64,000 bases of DNA from NCBI GenBank assembly GCA_013115145.1, contig JAAPAO010000083.1, forward strand, positions 1 through 64,000. Direction: 5' to 3'. A program made the position numbers and the translations under genes. Numbering within the stretch: the first letter of the stretch is position 1; each line of letters starts with the position of its first letter. Under the pieces are notes generated by a model. It was given only the letters and a program-made list of their open reading frames with translations, ran no database searches and was not told the origin of the DNA. The stretch comes from Perkinsus chesapeaki ATCC PRA-425 (lineage: Eukaryota > Protista > Perkinsozoa). Positions 12,571 to 22,637 of this stretch are shown one piece after another.

Positions 12571-15500
12571 ATGTATGACAGTGAGAGAGAACTGGGTGAA
12601 GCGAAACACGATTGGGATTTGGTTATAGTTATACCAAGTCATATAAGTGAGTTTACTAGAAGATGTGCTGTAAGAGATGGATGGGCAAGACAATTAAAAG
12701 GACATGAACAGGTGGTGATGGTGATGGCTGTTGTGATTATTAATTTATAATATTTATTATTAGAATAATCGTGCCGGTTTAAGAAGTATTAAACTTGTAT
12801 TTACTGTTGGTGCACATTATCCAGATGATGATACTAAAAATACAGCATTAGCTGAAATGAAACAATTTGGTAATAAATAATTAACCACCACCACCACCAA
12901 ATGGACATCGATGATTTATCATCTTTAATAATAGGTGATATGATAACACTTCCCTCCGACTTCCAAGACTACTACCGCAACCTGGCAACTAAAACGAGAC
13001 TTTCGATACACGAAGTCGTTCACCGGACAAACTCGTAGTGTTTTTATTTCACGCGCCACATAATTCGTCCAAGTCAGCAGGTTCAAATTGCTACTCAAAG
13101 TCGACACCGATTCCTACGTGCATGTCGAGCGGCTGTTGGACTTTATAGACTCCCACCAGCTCTGGGATGGCAGCGAACCGATCTACGCTGGAGCATTCGA
13201 GACGTCAAACGTTGTTTGGAACCCTAGGGATAAAGATAACAAATGGTGATGAGCCAACTCGAACTGCCAACTCGATAGATGATTCGTCAGGTACGATGGT
13301 GACTTCGCCGAGCTAACTGGAATAGAGAAGTATCCGTGGCACGCTAAAGGTGACAATCACACTTCTTTCATCACAAAATATAATAGTCAAAATAGTAGAA
13401 AATATTATTAATATATAGTAGCACTGCCAGTGCTACTATATATTGATAATATTTTCTGCCAGTGCTGCACTGGCAATAATAGATTGAAGCCAAATACCGG
13501 GCTTACGTTAGACTAATCATCCCATCTCGTTTCAGGTGCGGGATATATGCTTTCGTACAAGCTGGCAAAGTATCTATCCGATCCACCAATCCCTTTGCGT
13601 GACTGGGTCCACGAGGATGTCGGCGTTGGTGCATGGTTGATGCCAGTTTCGTAAGTCTCGGCGGCCATCTCTGCTGATGGCGTATTGCAGCGAACTGTTT
13701 TAGCTGGCGTCGAGTCGATATGCCTGTCCGATTCATGGAGCCCCAGTGTGATTGTGCTACCTCTTGCAGCAGTACCATATTCAACCGAAATGGCGACAGT
13801 CCTGATGAGTGAGCTTTACTACCCTGCAGGGTGATCGTACCACCGTACGGAAAATTTCGTCGGTGTGCCTTTATCGTGTGTCCCTTCCGATGGACTGGAA
13901 TATTAGTTATAGGGGATAAATAAGTAATACGTACCCATAAATAGACTCCTGCTGCGCCATCTCGTTTGGGATAGCGTAGTAGTCGTTGCAATCGAACGAC
14001 GATTTCTCATCAAGTGTGTTCGGGTAACATAATTTCGAACATTTCCCCATTGAAAGTGTGGACTTGCACTATCTCGTTAAGGATAGCGTAGTAGTCGTTG
14101 TAACACAACCATTATAGATTGGGCTCATAGTTGGTCACGACATAGGGCAGTAAACAGAGTTAGTAATGGCTAGAATATCTCAGAGTAAATAAAGCTAGTA
14201 ATACGATTGTACGACAATTGTGTGATAGACAGGAATTGTGTGAGTTATATAGCGGACTTCGATAAATTGGTTTCCGCAACTGCTACATGAATACTTACCA
14301 CCTGGGACCACTTGATGATTAAATTTACCAGGCCGAACTGAGCAAGTCTAACAGATCTCGTTTTCTTAGAATTGTCGTAATCGATCACTACATTCCGGAG
14401 TATCTTCATCGGTGGAGGCAGAGACGGTATGAGCTCTTCCATGACTCTTGCTGGGCGCCTGAAGCGTATAATGTAAGCTGGCCGCCGCTGCCGCTGCTGC
14501 TAGGACCGTGGAAGCCAGAGAGTTTCCACCTGCGATTCATTCGACAATTTTTCGAGTGTGGTGGATGGTAGCCGCTGTACGTCATCATGAATCAGGCCTC
14601 CCATTCGCCAGTCGACATCGAACCATCTTCGCGTGACAAGGCGGACTACCTCTCGCCATTTCCCATGGGCTTCTACAAACGAGAGTAAGTCTGTTATGGG
14701 ATTTCGAAGCCGATGAAGTAAAGGAGGTCTGAGTAACTAAATCCGAATCTTCAGTAGAATTTCCTGCGCATTCCGAAAACTCCCGCTCCGAAGTACAGGC
14801 CTCGAGAAGTATACTTATGCACAGAGAAAATGCCTTATGAGATATTCCGTAGACGCGCGATAAGGTGCGAATCGAGACCTCTTCTTGAGGTGTCGCAGGA
14901 TCCATTAAGCCTGGTAGACCGATCCACTAAGGATTGGTATAGGTGGCGATGGATAATAATGAGATTTCCAAAAAAAGGTGCGAATCGGCCTTCTCGGTCA
15001 AGCACTGTCTTGCTAGCAGAATGGAACTATCTGATATGATCTTATATCCTATGACTTCAGTTACTATTTTGAGCCGCTAAAGTCCCGTATAAAGCCTCCT
15101 CTGATACCATCGCACGCCGACACCCGCTCCGGCGTCTGCGCCATTTCCTTCACACCTGAAGAGACGTCAAGCTCGGAAGCCATCAGCTTTCGTGCGAAGA
15201 AGCAGTAAGGGAATGTCATTATCTCGGATGACGGCGTTCTGTCAGATATAGTATTTGTCGCGGAAGTGACGGTTTTGTATACGACGATTTCGAGTGTGAC
15301 GCGGCAGCGGTGGCGTCACAGGCGGGCACCGGCCGCTCCCTTGACTGGCGAGACAGGTCTAGCTCCTCGACTTGTCGAAGTGATCGCGTTCCCAGTCTAG
15401 AACGTTTCTCTCTTGCTCTTGACCAGTGTCTACAACTTGCCACTGTCGTCGATACCGATGGTCATGGTTGGACTATCTGGCGGAGGGACAGTCAATTGTG

Positions 15501-15840
15501 TCAAGTGTACCCTTCGAATGCATGCTCTATGAAGGCATCTCCTTCGTCTAATCAACTTGATAGTTCCCGATTCGCCTTATTCCAGCACGTCAGCAGCAGT
15601 TCAGCATCCCCCATCTCACTGGAACCCAGCCAGCACCGCTACAGTGCATCTAATAGTGAATATTTCGGTTCAATGTCATGGCGATTACCAGTACTTATTG
15701 CGTTTGCACTTGTAATTATTTTCCTTCTATTGCGAGCATTATGTAAAACTATTTGTTGCTTGCCGCTTCTCGGTAGACTCCGGAGAAGTCGGAGAAGACG
15801 GCGTAGTGGCACAATTGACACTATTGGTACAGTTGACTGA
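12571..15840 (+). CDS. GT31 galactosyltransferase-like, copy 4 (5' end unresolved)
   Basis: Exons read HDWDLVIVIPSH, LLLKVDTDSYVHVE, HEDVGVGAWL and VIDHYIPEYLHRW, then YYFEPL...HADTRSGVCAISF (~15061-15204) and YSICRGSDGFVYDDFEC...LPVLIAFALVIIFLLL. I could not build a clean signal-peptide exon upstream of 12571. Confidence 0.75.
13410..13475. repeat. Long-armed double-palindrome scar (8-mer AGCACTGG) in a GT31 copy-4 intron
   Basis: A 17-bp-arm palindrome centred on C13427 and a 9-bp-arm palindrome centred on T13466. The centres are the complements of X8 and X1 of AGCACTGG. Confidence 0.75.
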
Positions 15841-15877
15841 AGACTGAACACATACAACTGCTTACAGTTACACATAA

Positions 15878-15982
15878 CAAGCTTTGAGTTAAAAGTGATA
15901 CGAGTTGGCAAGCTTTGAGTTAAAAGTGATACGAGTTGGCAAGCTTTGAGTTAAAAGTGATACGAGTTGGCAAGCTTTGAGT
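15878..15982. repeat. 31-bp tandem repeat running into an assembly gap
   Basis: (CAAGCTTTGAGTTAAAAGTGATACGAGTTGG) x ~3.4, with no spacers. N-gap at 15983-16079. Confidence 0.95.
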
Positions 15983-16434
15983 NNNNNNNNNNNNNNNNNN
16001 NNNNNNNNNNNNNNNNNNNNNNNNNNNNNNNNNNNNNNNNNNNNNNNNNNNNNNNNNNNNNNNNNNNNNNNNNNNNNNNAGTTCCAGCTGTACTATGATG
16101 ACTGGTTACTGAGTTAATCGTCACATGATTAGCAGAGACAATTGTGAACGAAGTCGGTAGCATAAAATAGCACGAATAAGCGTATTCGAACATCAATTGA
16201 CCGAAAATGCAGCATTTCAGTAAACGGGACAATCTTGGACACAACCTTGTGTGTCATTGATTCACTTGATAATACTCTATAAAGCAATGAAATAGGAAAC
16301 AACAACAATGATTAACGGGCATGCCGACCAGCTGGGCAGATGTCAACACGCATTGCATCTCCCCAAGGTGATACCTGAGAAACTGGAAATCATATCAGTA
16401 CTGCTATCGAGTGTGAAGGGGCAGAAGGAAGTCG

Positions 16435-17869
16435 CTAATGGAAGGCTAAAATGTTCACCTGCTCTGTTGTATTAGCAATGATGCAGGAGAGTTCGGAGCA
16501 GTTTACACATAGGCGGCTATTATGCTGTTTCAAATGCTCTAGGACGTTCGCGCTCTGTCGCCACCAGCCGTATCCTTTCCTTTTGTATCTACTCATCACA
16601 ACCCACAAAGGGCCTAAAACACCCTCCGCCAACTGAGTTGCCAGAAGAATGTCTGCTCTACAAAACCAGAAGTGGTACAATTCTTGCAGCAAAAAGCACA
16701 TCTACCTTTAACGGGATTTCCCATGCGGCATCGAATGCCTTATAAAGGGCCTCGAAACTGCTTACGTTTCGACTCGTCGTTCTAGTTTCTCCTTCACTTG
16801 TTTAACCCATTTGAAATGGTGCGATTTCAGCAAGGTAGGGTAAACACACGCCAAGGACTCGTCTTTAACTTTTCCACCTCCCCTGTTGGCACGCAAAAAC
16901 GCCCTAAACGCCAACACCTTCTGGGGCACCTAAGACGCCGATGAGCCAAGGTGCCATGTGACACTCTCACATCGATGCCAACGATCTTTTTCGTTACATC
17001 ACAGGCCAACGGGAATTGGCTGAAAATCGTCGGTGTGGCCTTTTAAGAGGAAATATCCAACAAAGCACTATGTTCGGGAGGATACCGAAACCAGTGGGAG
17101 GCTTCCATCTTGCGCCACTCTGTCAACGTAGTTGCCATAGACCGCGTTGTAACCTTCATCCTCAACACTTCTCCTGAGCTCGCAGTATTGCCGGGCCTCA
17201 TAATTAAGCTCACCCTTACAGAAACGAATCTATGTTATTTCCGGGGATCTCATGGAATTGATCGGAATCAGCGTGAACGATCCAGTCCGACATCTCGCTC
17301 AGATTCTTCGTGTTTTCTATCATAGCATTTCTCTTCTTCTCCATAACGTCGCTCGAGTACTCGCCAATCCACTCTTGCACATCTCCGATGGGCCCGTACC
17401 TTGGAGAGCTCGGCGAAGTCAGGAAACCATCTACCTGTTTAATAGTTCTTTGAACTCTAACAGTTCGGCTGCATCGGGCGAAGTGGCGTGCAATGTAATC
17501 AACATGTGTCGCGTTGGTATACCGACAGCCACGTAATGTCTTATGAAATGCGGAGCTAACGGAAGGTCGTCCTTCGTGCCTGGCAAGTCGGATCAGCAAG
17601 AACTGTGGCTTCTTCTACTGAAGACAGTTTGTAACCAAATAGCTCCATGAGATTTGTTTTCCGTAGTTTTCACTTTAGAATTTTTCAGTAAGGTCATAGT
17701 TTCCGGATAGGACAGAAATGCTCCTATAAGAGTCACCACGGCCTGACGGCGAGCTGGCTCATAAAGGTGACTAGCAGCTGACCAAAATGAATAGGGAAAT
17801 GAGAGGGGCACTTCGGCCGCTTGATGACCGAACGCCGGTCGCGGTTTGCGATTGTGCTGATGAGGCCAT
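16435..17869 (-). CDS. GT2-like (Glyco_tranf_2_4-type) type II membrane glycosyltransferase
   Basis: Spliced product: TM APLISLFILAVVTLIGAFLSY, then WLQTVFSTKDDLPLAPHFIRHYVAVG, DWIVHADSDQFHEIP (DxD), GYNAVYGNYVDRVAQDGSL, QFPLACDV and HHFKWVKQVKEKLERRV. Confidence 0.65.
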
Positions 17870-18240
17870 GTCGACAATGCTGGCTAACTGAGCGTCGTCA
17901 TTATGAGTGGCGGTCACCAGGGGGGGGTGACACAACACCAGCTACAATCCGAGAATCATAGCAAGCTTTCAGACATGAAATCTACTCCCATAGGGTGATG
18001 GCATGATGTTCAGAGAAAAAAAGCCCAAGTTCGATTGGCTTCCTACTTGGCGATAAGCCATCTTTTCGCGAGATAGTGCTCAGGAAGCTCCATAACCACT
18101 GGGTGTCCTGTGGCTGACCACATGTGTGTTATCTTGTACGAAGCTTATATGCTCCTCGAAAGGTCTATCCTTTTTCACAATAATGACGTAACGCAACAGC
18201 TACAGTGTACAGTACAGGAGGGAAGACCTTCAAGGGAAGC

Positions 18241-19569
18241 TTACGTCCACGGTAAGAAGTTACAGAACATAATGGGACCGATGAAGAAGTACACAGAATG
18301 GAACAGCAAGTATACATAGAATGCAACGGTGCTTATACGACCGCCGCCTTTCTTATCTGCTATGATACTATCATAGAAGCTACCCAGCTGCCAATAGTAC
18401 AGGGGGCAACCGGTAAGCAGCCGCGTCATGACTTGCACATTTGCGCAGAGCAAAGTGAAGAACGTCAGCACCATAAGTTGAAACACAAAAGGGGATCGTT
18501 TATAGTCGTAAGCAGCACTAACGACACCTTCAATCCATGCCTTTGGCGAGAAGGCCCGTGAAAGCTGCGGACAGTAGCGGCTCAGACCGCGCACTACAGC
18601 AGTGACAGCGATGCTCATCGAGGGGACTGCCAGGAGGAAGTTTGGGATGTTGTTGGGGGTGTAATATTCGAAGAGGCCGACGTTCCAATATTCTTTCTGG
18701 ATGTAACTATAGACATTTCCTCCTTCATCACACCATGGCCTGTTGTCCAAGCCTATGTTACTGCAGTACAGCGACCAAGCGTAGCGGAGATACAGTGGCA
18801 GTGGGAGGAGGACTAGGAGAACTAATGGTATTGCGAGCAATAATGATCTGGTATGGATGCCAAACGATATCAGGAATGGAGCATTCAAGGTGCCATTGGA
18901 TCTCGTGAGGGTGGCGGCGGCCAGAGTAATCGCCGAGCCCAACGCAAGAGTGGCTTGGCCCAGCTCGGCCCAACGACTCTGATCTGGACGGTAGGCATTG
19001 GCGGCCGTATAGAGCAAGAGCAAGCCAGCGAAGGTGAGCATCGAGTAGAGGGACTCAGTGTAGATGGCCGACATGAAGATATTGCTCATTGGAATGGCGA
19101 AAAATAAAGCACCATAGTAGGCAACTGATACACCGTCCTTTCGATCAGATAGAACTGCAAGACCTAACCAGTACAGGAGAACTGATGCCAATACGAATGA
19201 AATGTTAGTAATGACAGCACCACACAGTAGCAGTCGATCGACTCGTTGAGCAGGAAGAACCCATTCGGGCAGAATGGAACTGGCGAGGCCTTCCATGACG
19301 TTGATGAGGATCGGCAAACCCGGGAAGAACGCGTGTGTGTGCTCGTACTCGTATCCCTCGATATCTGCGGTTCGCAGAAAGTAGACGCCATCCCAGTAGG
19401 CCAACGGGCTCAGCCACTCACCGACATTTTTATGACCGGCCGGGTAGATGTTGCCAGAAGTGTCGTAAGGATGCATGCATTCCGCTGAGACCAGCCCTAC
19501 GAGCAGACAGACTGCTCGAGAGCAGATAGCAGCCAGAGCGATCTTGGCACTGTTGGATTTGAAAAACAT
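18241..19569 (-). CDS. PIGV: GPI mannosyltransferase 2 (PIG-V/Gpi18), intronless
   Basis: 442-aa polytopic ORF with WDGVYF, YEYEHTHAFFPGLP, IFMSAIYTESLY, YSYIQKEYWNVGLFEYYTPNNIPNFLLA and NVQVMTRL, which are Mannosyl_trans2 signatures. Confidence 0.95.
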   Translation of the reverse strand: MFFKSNSAKIALAAICSRAVCLLVGLVSAECMHPYDTSGNIYPAGHKNVGEWLSPLAYWDGVYFLRTADIEGYEYEHTHAFFPGLPILINVMEGLASSILPEWVLPAQRVDRLLLCGAVITNISFVLASVLLYWLGLAVLSDRKDGVSVAYYGALFFAIPMSNIFMSAIYTESLYSMLTFAGLLLLYTAANAYRPDQSRWAELGQATLALGSAITLAAATLTRSNGTLNAPFLISFGIHTRSLLLAIPLVLLVLLPLPLYLRYAWSLYCSNIGLDNRPWCDEGGNVYSYIQKEYWNVGLFEYYTPNNIPNFLLAVPSMSIAVTAVVRGLSRYCPQLSRAFSPKAWIEGVVSAAYDYKRSPFVFQLMVLTFFTLLCANVQVMTRLLTGCPLYYWQLGSFYDSIIADKKGGGRISTVAFYVYLLFHSVYFFIGPIMFCNFLPWT

Positions 19570-19659
19570 CTATATAGGGAATATTCCACTGAAGGCACGC
19601 AAAGACAGATCAGAGAGAAAATGAAAAAGATAAATCATGATTGCCAATAGTAAAGAGAT

Positions 19660-20982
19660 TTATTGACCGAGACGTGTTCCGGCTCCTTGAAATGGTACAA
19701 ATGCTGGCGAAGCTGACGGTCCCTCGTGAGCGGCCTCCTCATCACCTTGCTGCTGCTGTGGATGATATCTGATCCAGAAGCCTGCTATATAGGGGCAGGG
19801 CATTTGCATTCGAGGCGGGGCGCTGTGCTGCTACGTCTTTCCCTTATATGCCACAGACAACGAAATGCAGCAGAAGTCCTGCAAAGACTCTTGATACCTT
19901 CCCCGTGAAGATTTTATCATTTATTTCCCCTTTATTTTAATCTAGATAATCTGATGATACTAATAATTCCTTATAATATTTCCCCGCCAGCTGTGTTTCC
20001 TCCACCGCTGAGGGGGATATATCGGAATCCTTTCTTGGTTCCTATGGGACTTGGGCCACCGATTTCTCCTACAACCTCCGCCAGCCATATTACTATCAGC
20101 TCAATTCCTTAAGTAGGAGATATCCTCTGAAGGTTTCCTACCAATATCCGCCCTAGGCCACCGCCCCCTCCGCCTTACTGAGCCGTGTACAGAGGCTGGG
20201 TGAATGCTGCTGGTCTGGTAGAGTCTCCCTGCTGAGCAGCTTCTTGTTGGCCTTGTAGCATCGATACGATAAGATAAACGTTATAGGATGCCACGGTCTG
20301 GAAGAGACAAATGCCGACTGACCCAGAATCGATCTTTTCCTCGATGAACTATTAAGATGTGATTAGGGTGATTTTTCGCGAACTTTCTTCCATTGGGAAG
20401 AAGACATCTTCGAGAACGATTGATAATTAAGAGGAAATTTTGGTGCCCTGCTGGATGGTACCTCGGTGAAGACACACATGCCAAAGACAAGGGTGGCAAA
20501 TAGTGGCATTCCTGTGAAGGAATATTGGATAGTTCTCATCAGTACGGTGATGAACGTTAGGAGATCGAACAGACTGCTGATGGCGCAGATCATACCAAAG
20601 GGCATCAGACACATAGTGCCACCGGGGCCACACGACTGAGGAAAGCAAGTTGCACAATGGGGGAAAGGGGGAGATTACGTCGCCAAGGCAGCCTAGGAGC
20701 CGCTCTGAGAATGGTCTGATGAGGGGATCTTCTCTTAGCAGAATGGTACCGATAATGCTGAGGACTAAGATACTTATGAGGTCAAGTATCCGCCATCCGC
20801 TGGCAACCTGTATAATGTAACATTGCTGAAATGATGGCTTTGTTGTTTATTACGAAACGGAAGGGCATGAGGACCCAGAGAGCAATCACACAGTAGCGAA
20901 GCATCCGGGCTGGTTTAGCGTCTGGGAGGGCGAGAGACCGGCTCGCGTCCATACCGCCACCTTGGGACGTTGGTATAACCAT
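19660..20982 (-). CDS. Uncharacterised multi-pass membrane protein with a C-terminal SHP-box-like motif
   Basis: Hydrophobic exons LRYCVIALWVLMPF, LSIIGTILLREDP and CGPGGTMCLMPFGMICAISSLFDLLTF. The last exon ends AFVPFQGAGTRLGQ*. Internal exons only partly resolved. Confidence 0.6.
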
Positions 20983-21928
20983 GCGAAAGGGATTATTCAA
21001 CTAAAAATGAATCATGCATGCTTGAAGCTTGGATTCTTTCAGATAATTTCCGAAGAGTTGCCCTATGTGCACACACAAGGCCGTCCAACAAACCTACGAT
21101 GAAAATGTCATTTATTATATGGACTTGAATTGACTTCGTAAAATTCCCGAATCTGGTGCTCTTCTACAGTACTGGATTCAAGTGGGAATGCCCGTGGAAA
21201 TACCCGTATAACTATAAAGAAATAATATCTTGTCGAAACAAGTCGAACTGTTCAATAATGGATCTGTGGAGATTGCAACCTTTTTGAAGGGCCCCATCAC
21301 CGGTAGTTCAAGAAAATTGGCTGCACTTATGGACCGATTTTAAGTGTTAAATGGAAACAACTAGTGGTATGGATATGACTACGATATTTTTTGTTTTCAA
21401 GCGGTTTTTTATTGGTTCGGCACGTGAGCGTTTGAACTGAAGGTCCTAAGTTGTTTTCAAACGTAATTCAGGAATGCTCCCAAGGTGCTGTATCCAAATT
21501 GATTTTCCTTAACCTGCCTTCCATCGAATTTGACGTCCCTAATCGAGAATCTTAATTCAGCCTCGTTCGCCCGTCAAACTCAAAGGTGTCCTACGTTAGA
21601 CGTTGAAAAGGTGTGTAGAGCAATAATGATAAAATAATCTCTTCACGAAACTGAGGAGACTTGCAAAGTCAATCCTATAATACACTGGCCGAACTTCATA
21701 TCTATCGAATACACATTATTAGCGTAGGTAAATCAGTTAGGTTGAATGAAGAGTAAGGATGAAGCTGCATAAAATATAATTTATCATTGATGAATTTTGA
21801 ATGTCCCCATCTTGGGAATTACGATGCGACTTATACACCTAAAAACTATTCGGATTCGGTTTACGAACCTTTCCTAAAGCAGCATGATCATTGTAACGTT
21901 TCCATTAGGGGAGCTAGATAAAGGGATC

Positions 21929-22034
21929 GTTCAATAAACCGATTTTGAAATTCAGAATCGATTCCAGAACTGCTTTTAACACGTAAAATGCGATGCTGGA
22001 ATCGATTCTGAATCTCAGAATTGGTTTAATGAAC
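21929..22034. repeat. Fold-back / MITE-like inverted repeat
   Basis: 39-bp arms GTTCAATAAACCGATTTTGAAATTCAGAATCGATTCCAG / CTGGAATCGATTCTGAATCTCAGAATTGGTTTAATGAAC (4 mismatches) around a 28-bp spacer. Confidence 0.8.
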
Positions 22035-22637
22035 ATTGGGAAATGCTTCGATAAAGAAGCTAGACAATACCGATTCCGAACATGACTTTTTTCTCGTTAA
22101 GCAATCCACTAGTAGATCTGTGTTAATGGTCAAGATATCATTTCAGTAAGAGAGCATCCCCGGTTCAATCCGCGGTATTGGTATTTATTCGCGTAGAAAA
22201 TATGCTTTCATAATAACTACCTGTGATCCCCTCCATTCGCTTAATAAAAGCTTTAACCTTTGAGTAACATTTGAAGGCTATACGGTAGAGCCATTCATCA
22301 TCGCGGGGAGGAAGATTAAACAGTCAAGGTCTTCTTAATGACCGATCCAGAACTATTAGCATTCATTTGAAAATTGTTACTACTAAATCAATCCGAGGGC
22401 TCCGCCTTGATATCTTATCGTCTTTTCCTCGCGGTACCAATGCCCTATGAGGCTGTCTGCCTCTACGTTATAGATTCACTGTGTGAGGGGGGTTCGTAGT
22501 AAATTGAGGAATCCTCGATTGCTGCAGAACTGGGTGGTTCTTTAAGATTCTCAGAGGTTGAATTAAAAGTCATTTATCAATTCATAATTACTTGCTTAGT
22601 TGGTTGTTTTCCATCTTTTGCCTTTATTAGCTACACC

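Noticed and set aside
15878-15982. 31-bp repeats as a CRISPR array
   Set aside because: Units are head-to-tail with no spacers, there are no cas genes, and the context is eukaryotic.
17593-17595. In-frame TGA in the GT2-like gene as selenocysteine or readthrough
   Set aside because: It falls inside a plausible 39-nt GT-AG intron whose removal restores the motif spacing.
18298-19529. Plus-strand ORFs over PIG-V, and minus-strand ORFs over 58963-60466
   Set aside because: Antisense shadows of well-supported genes, with no motifs.
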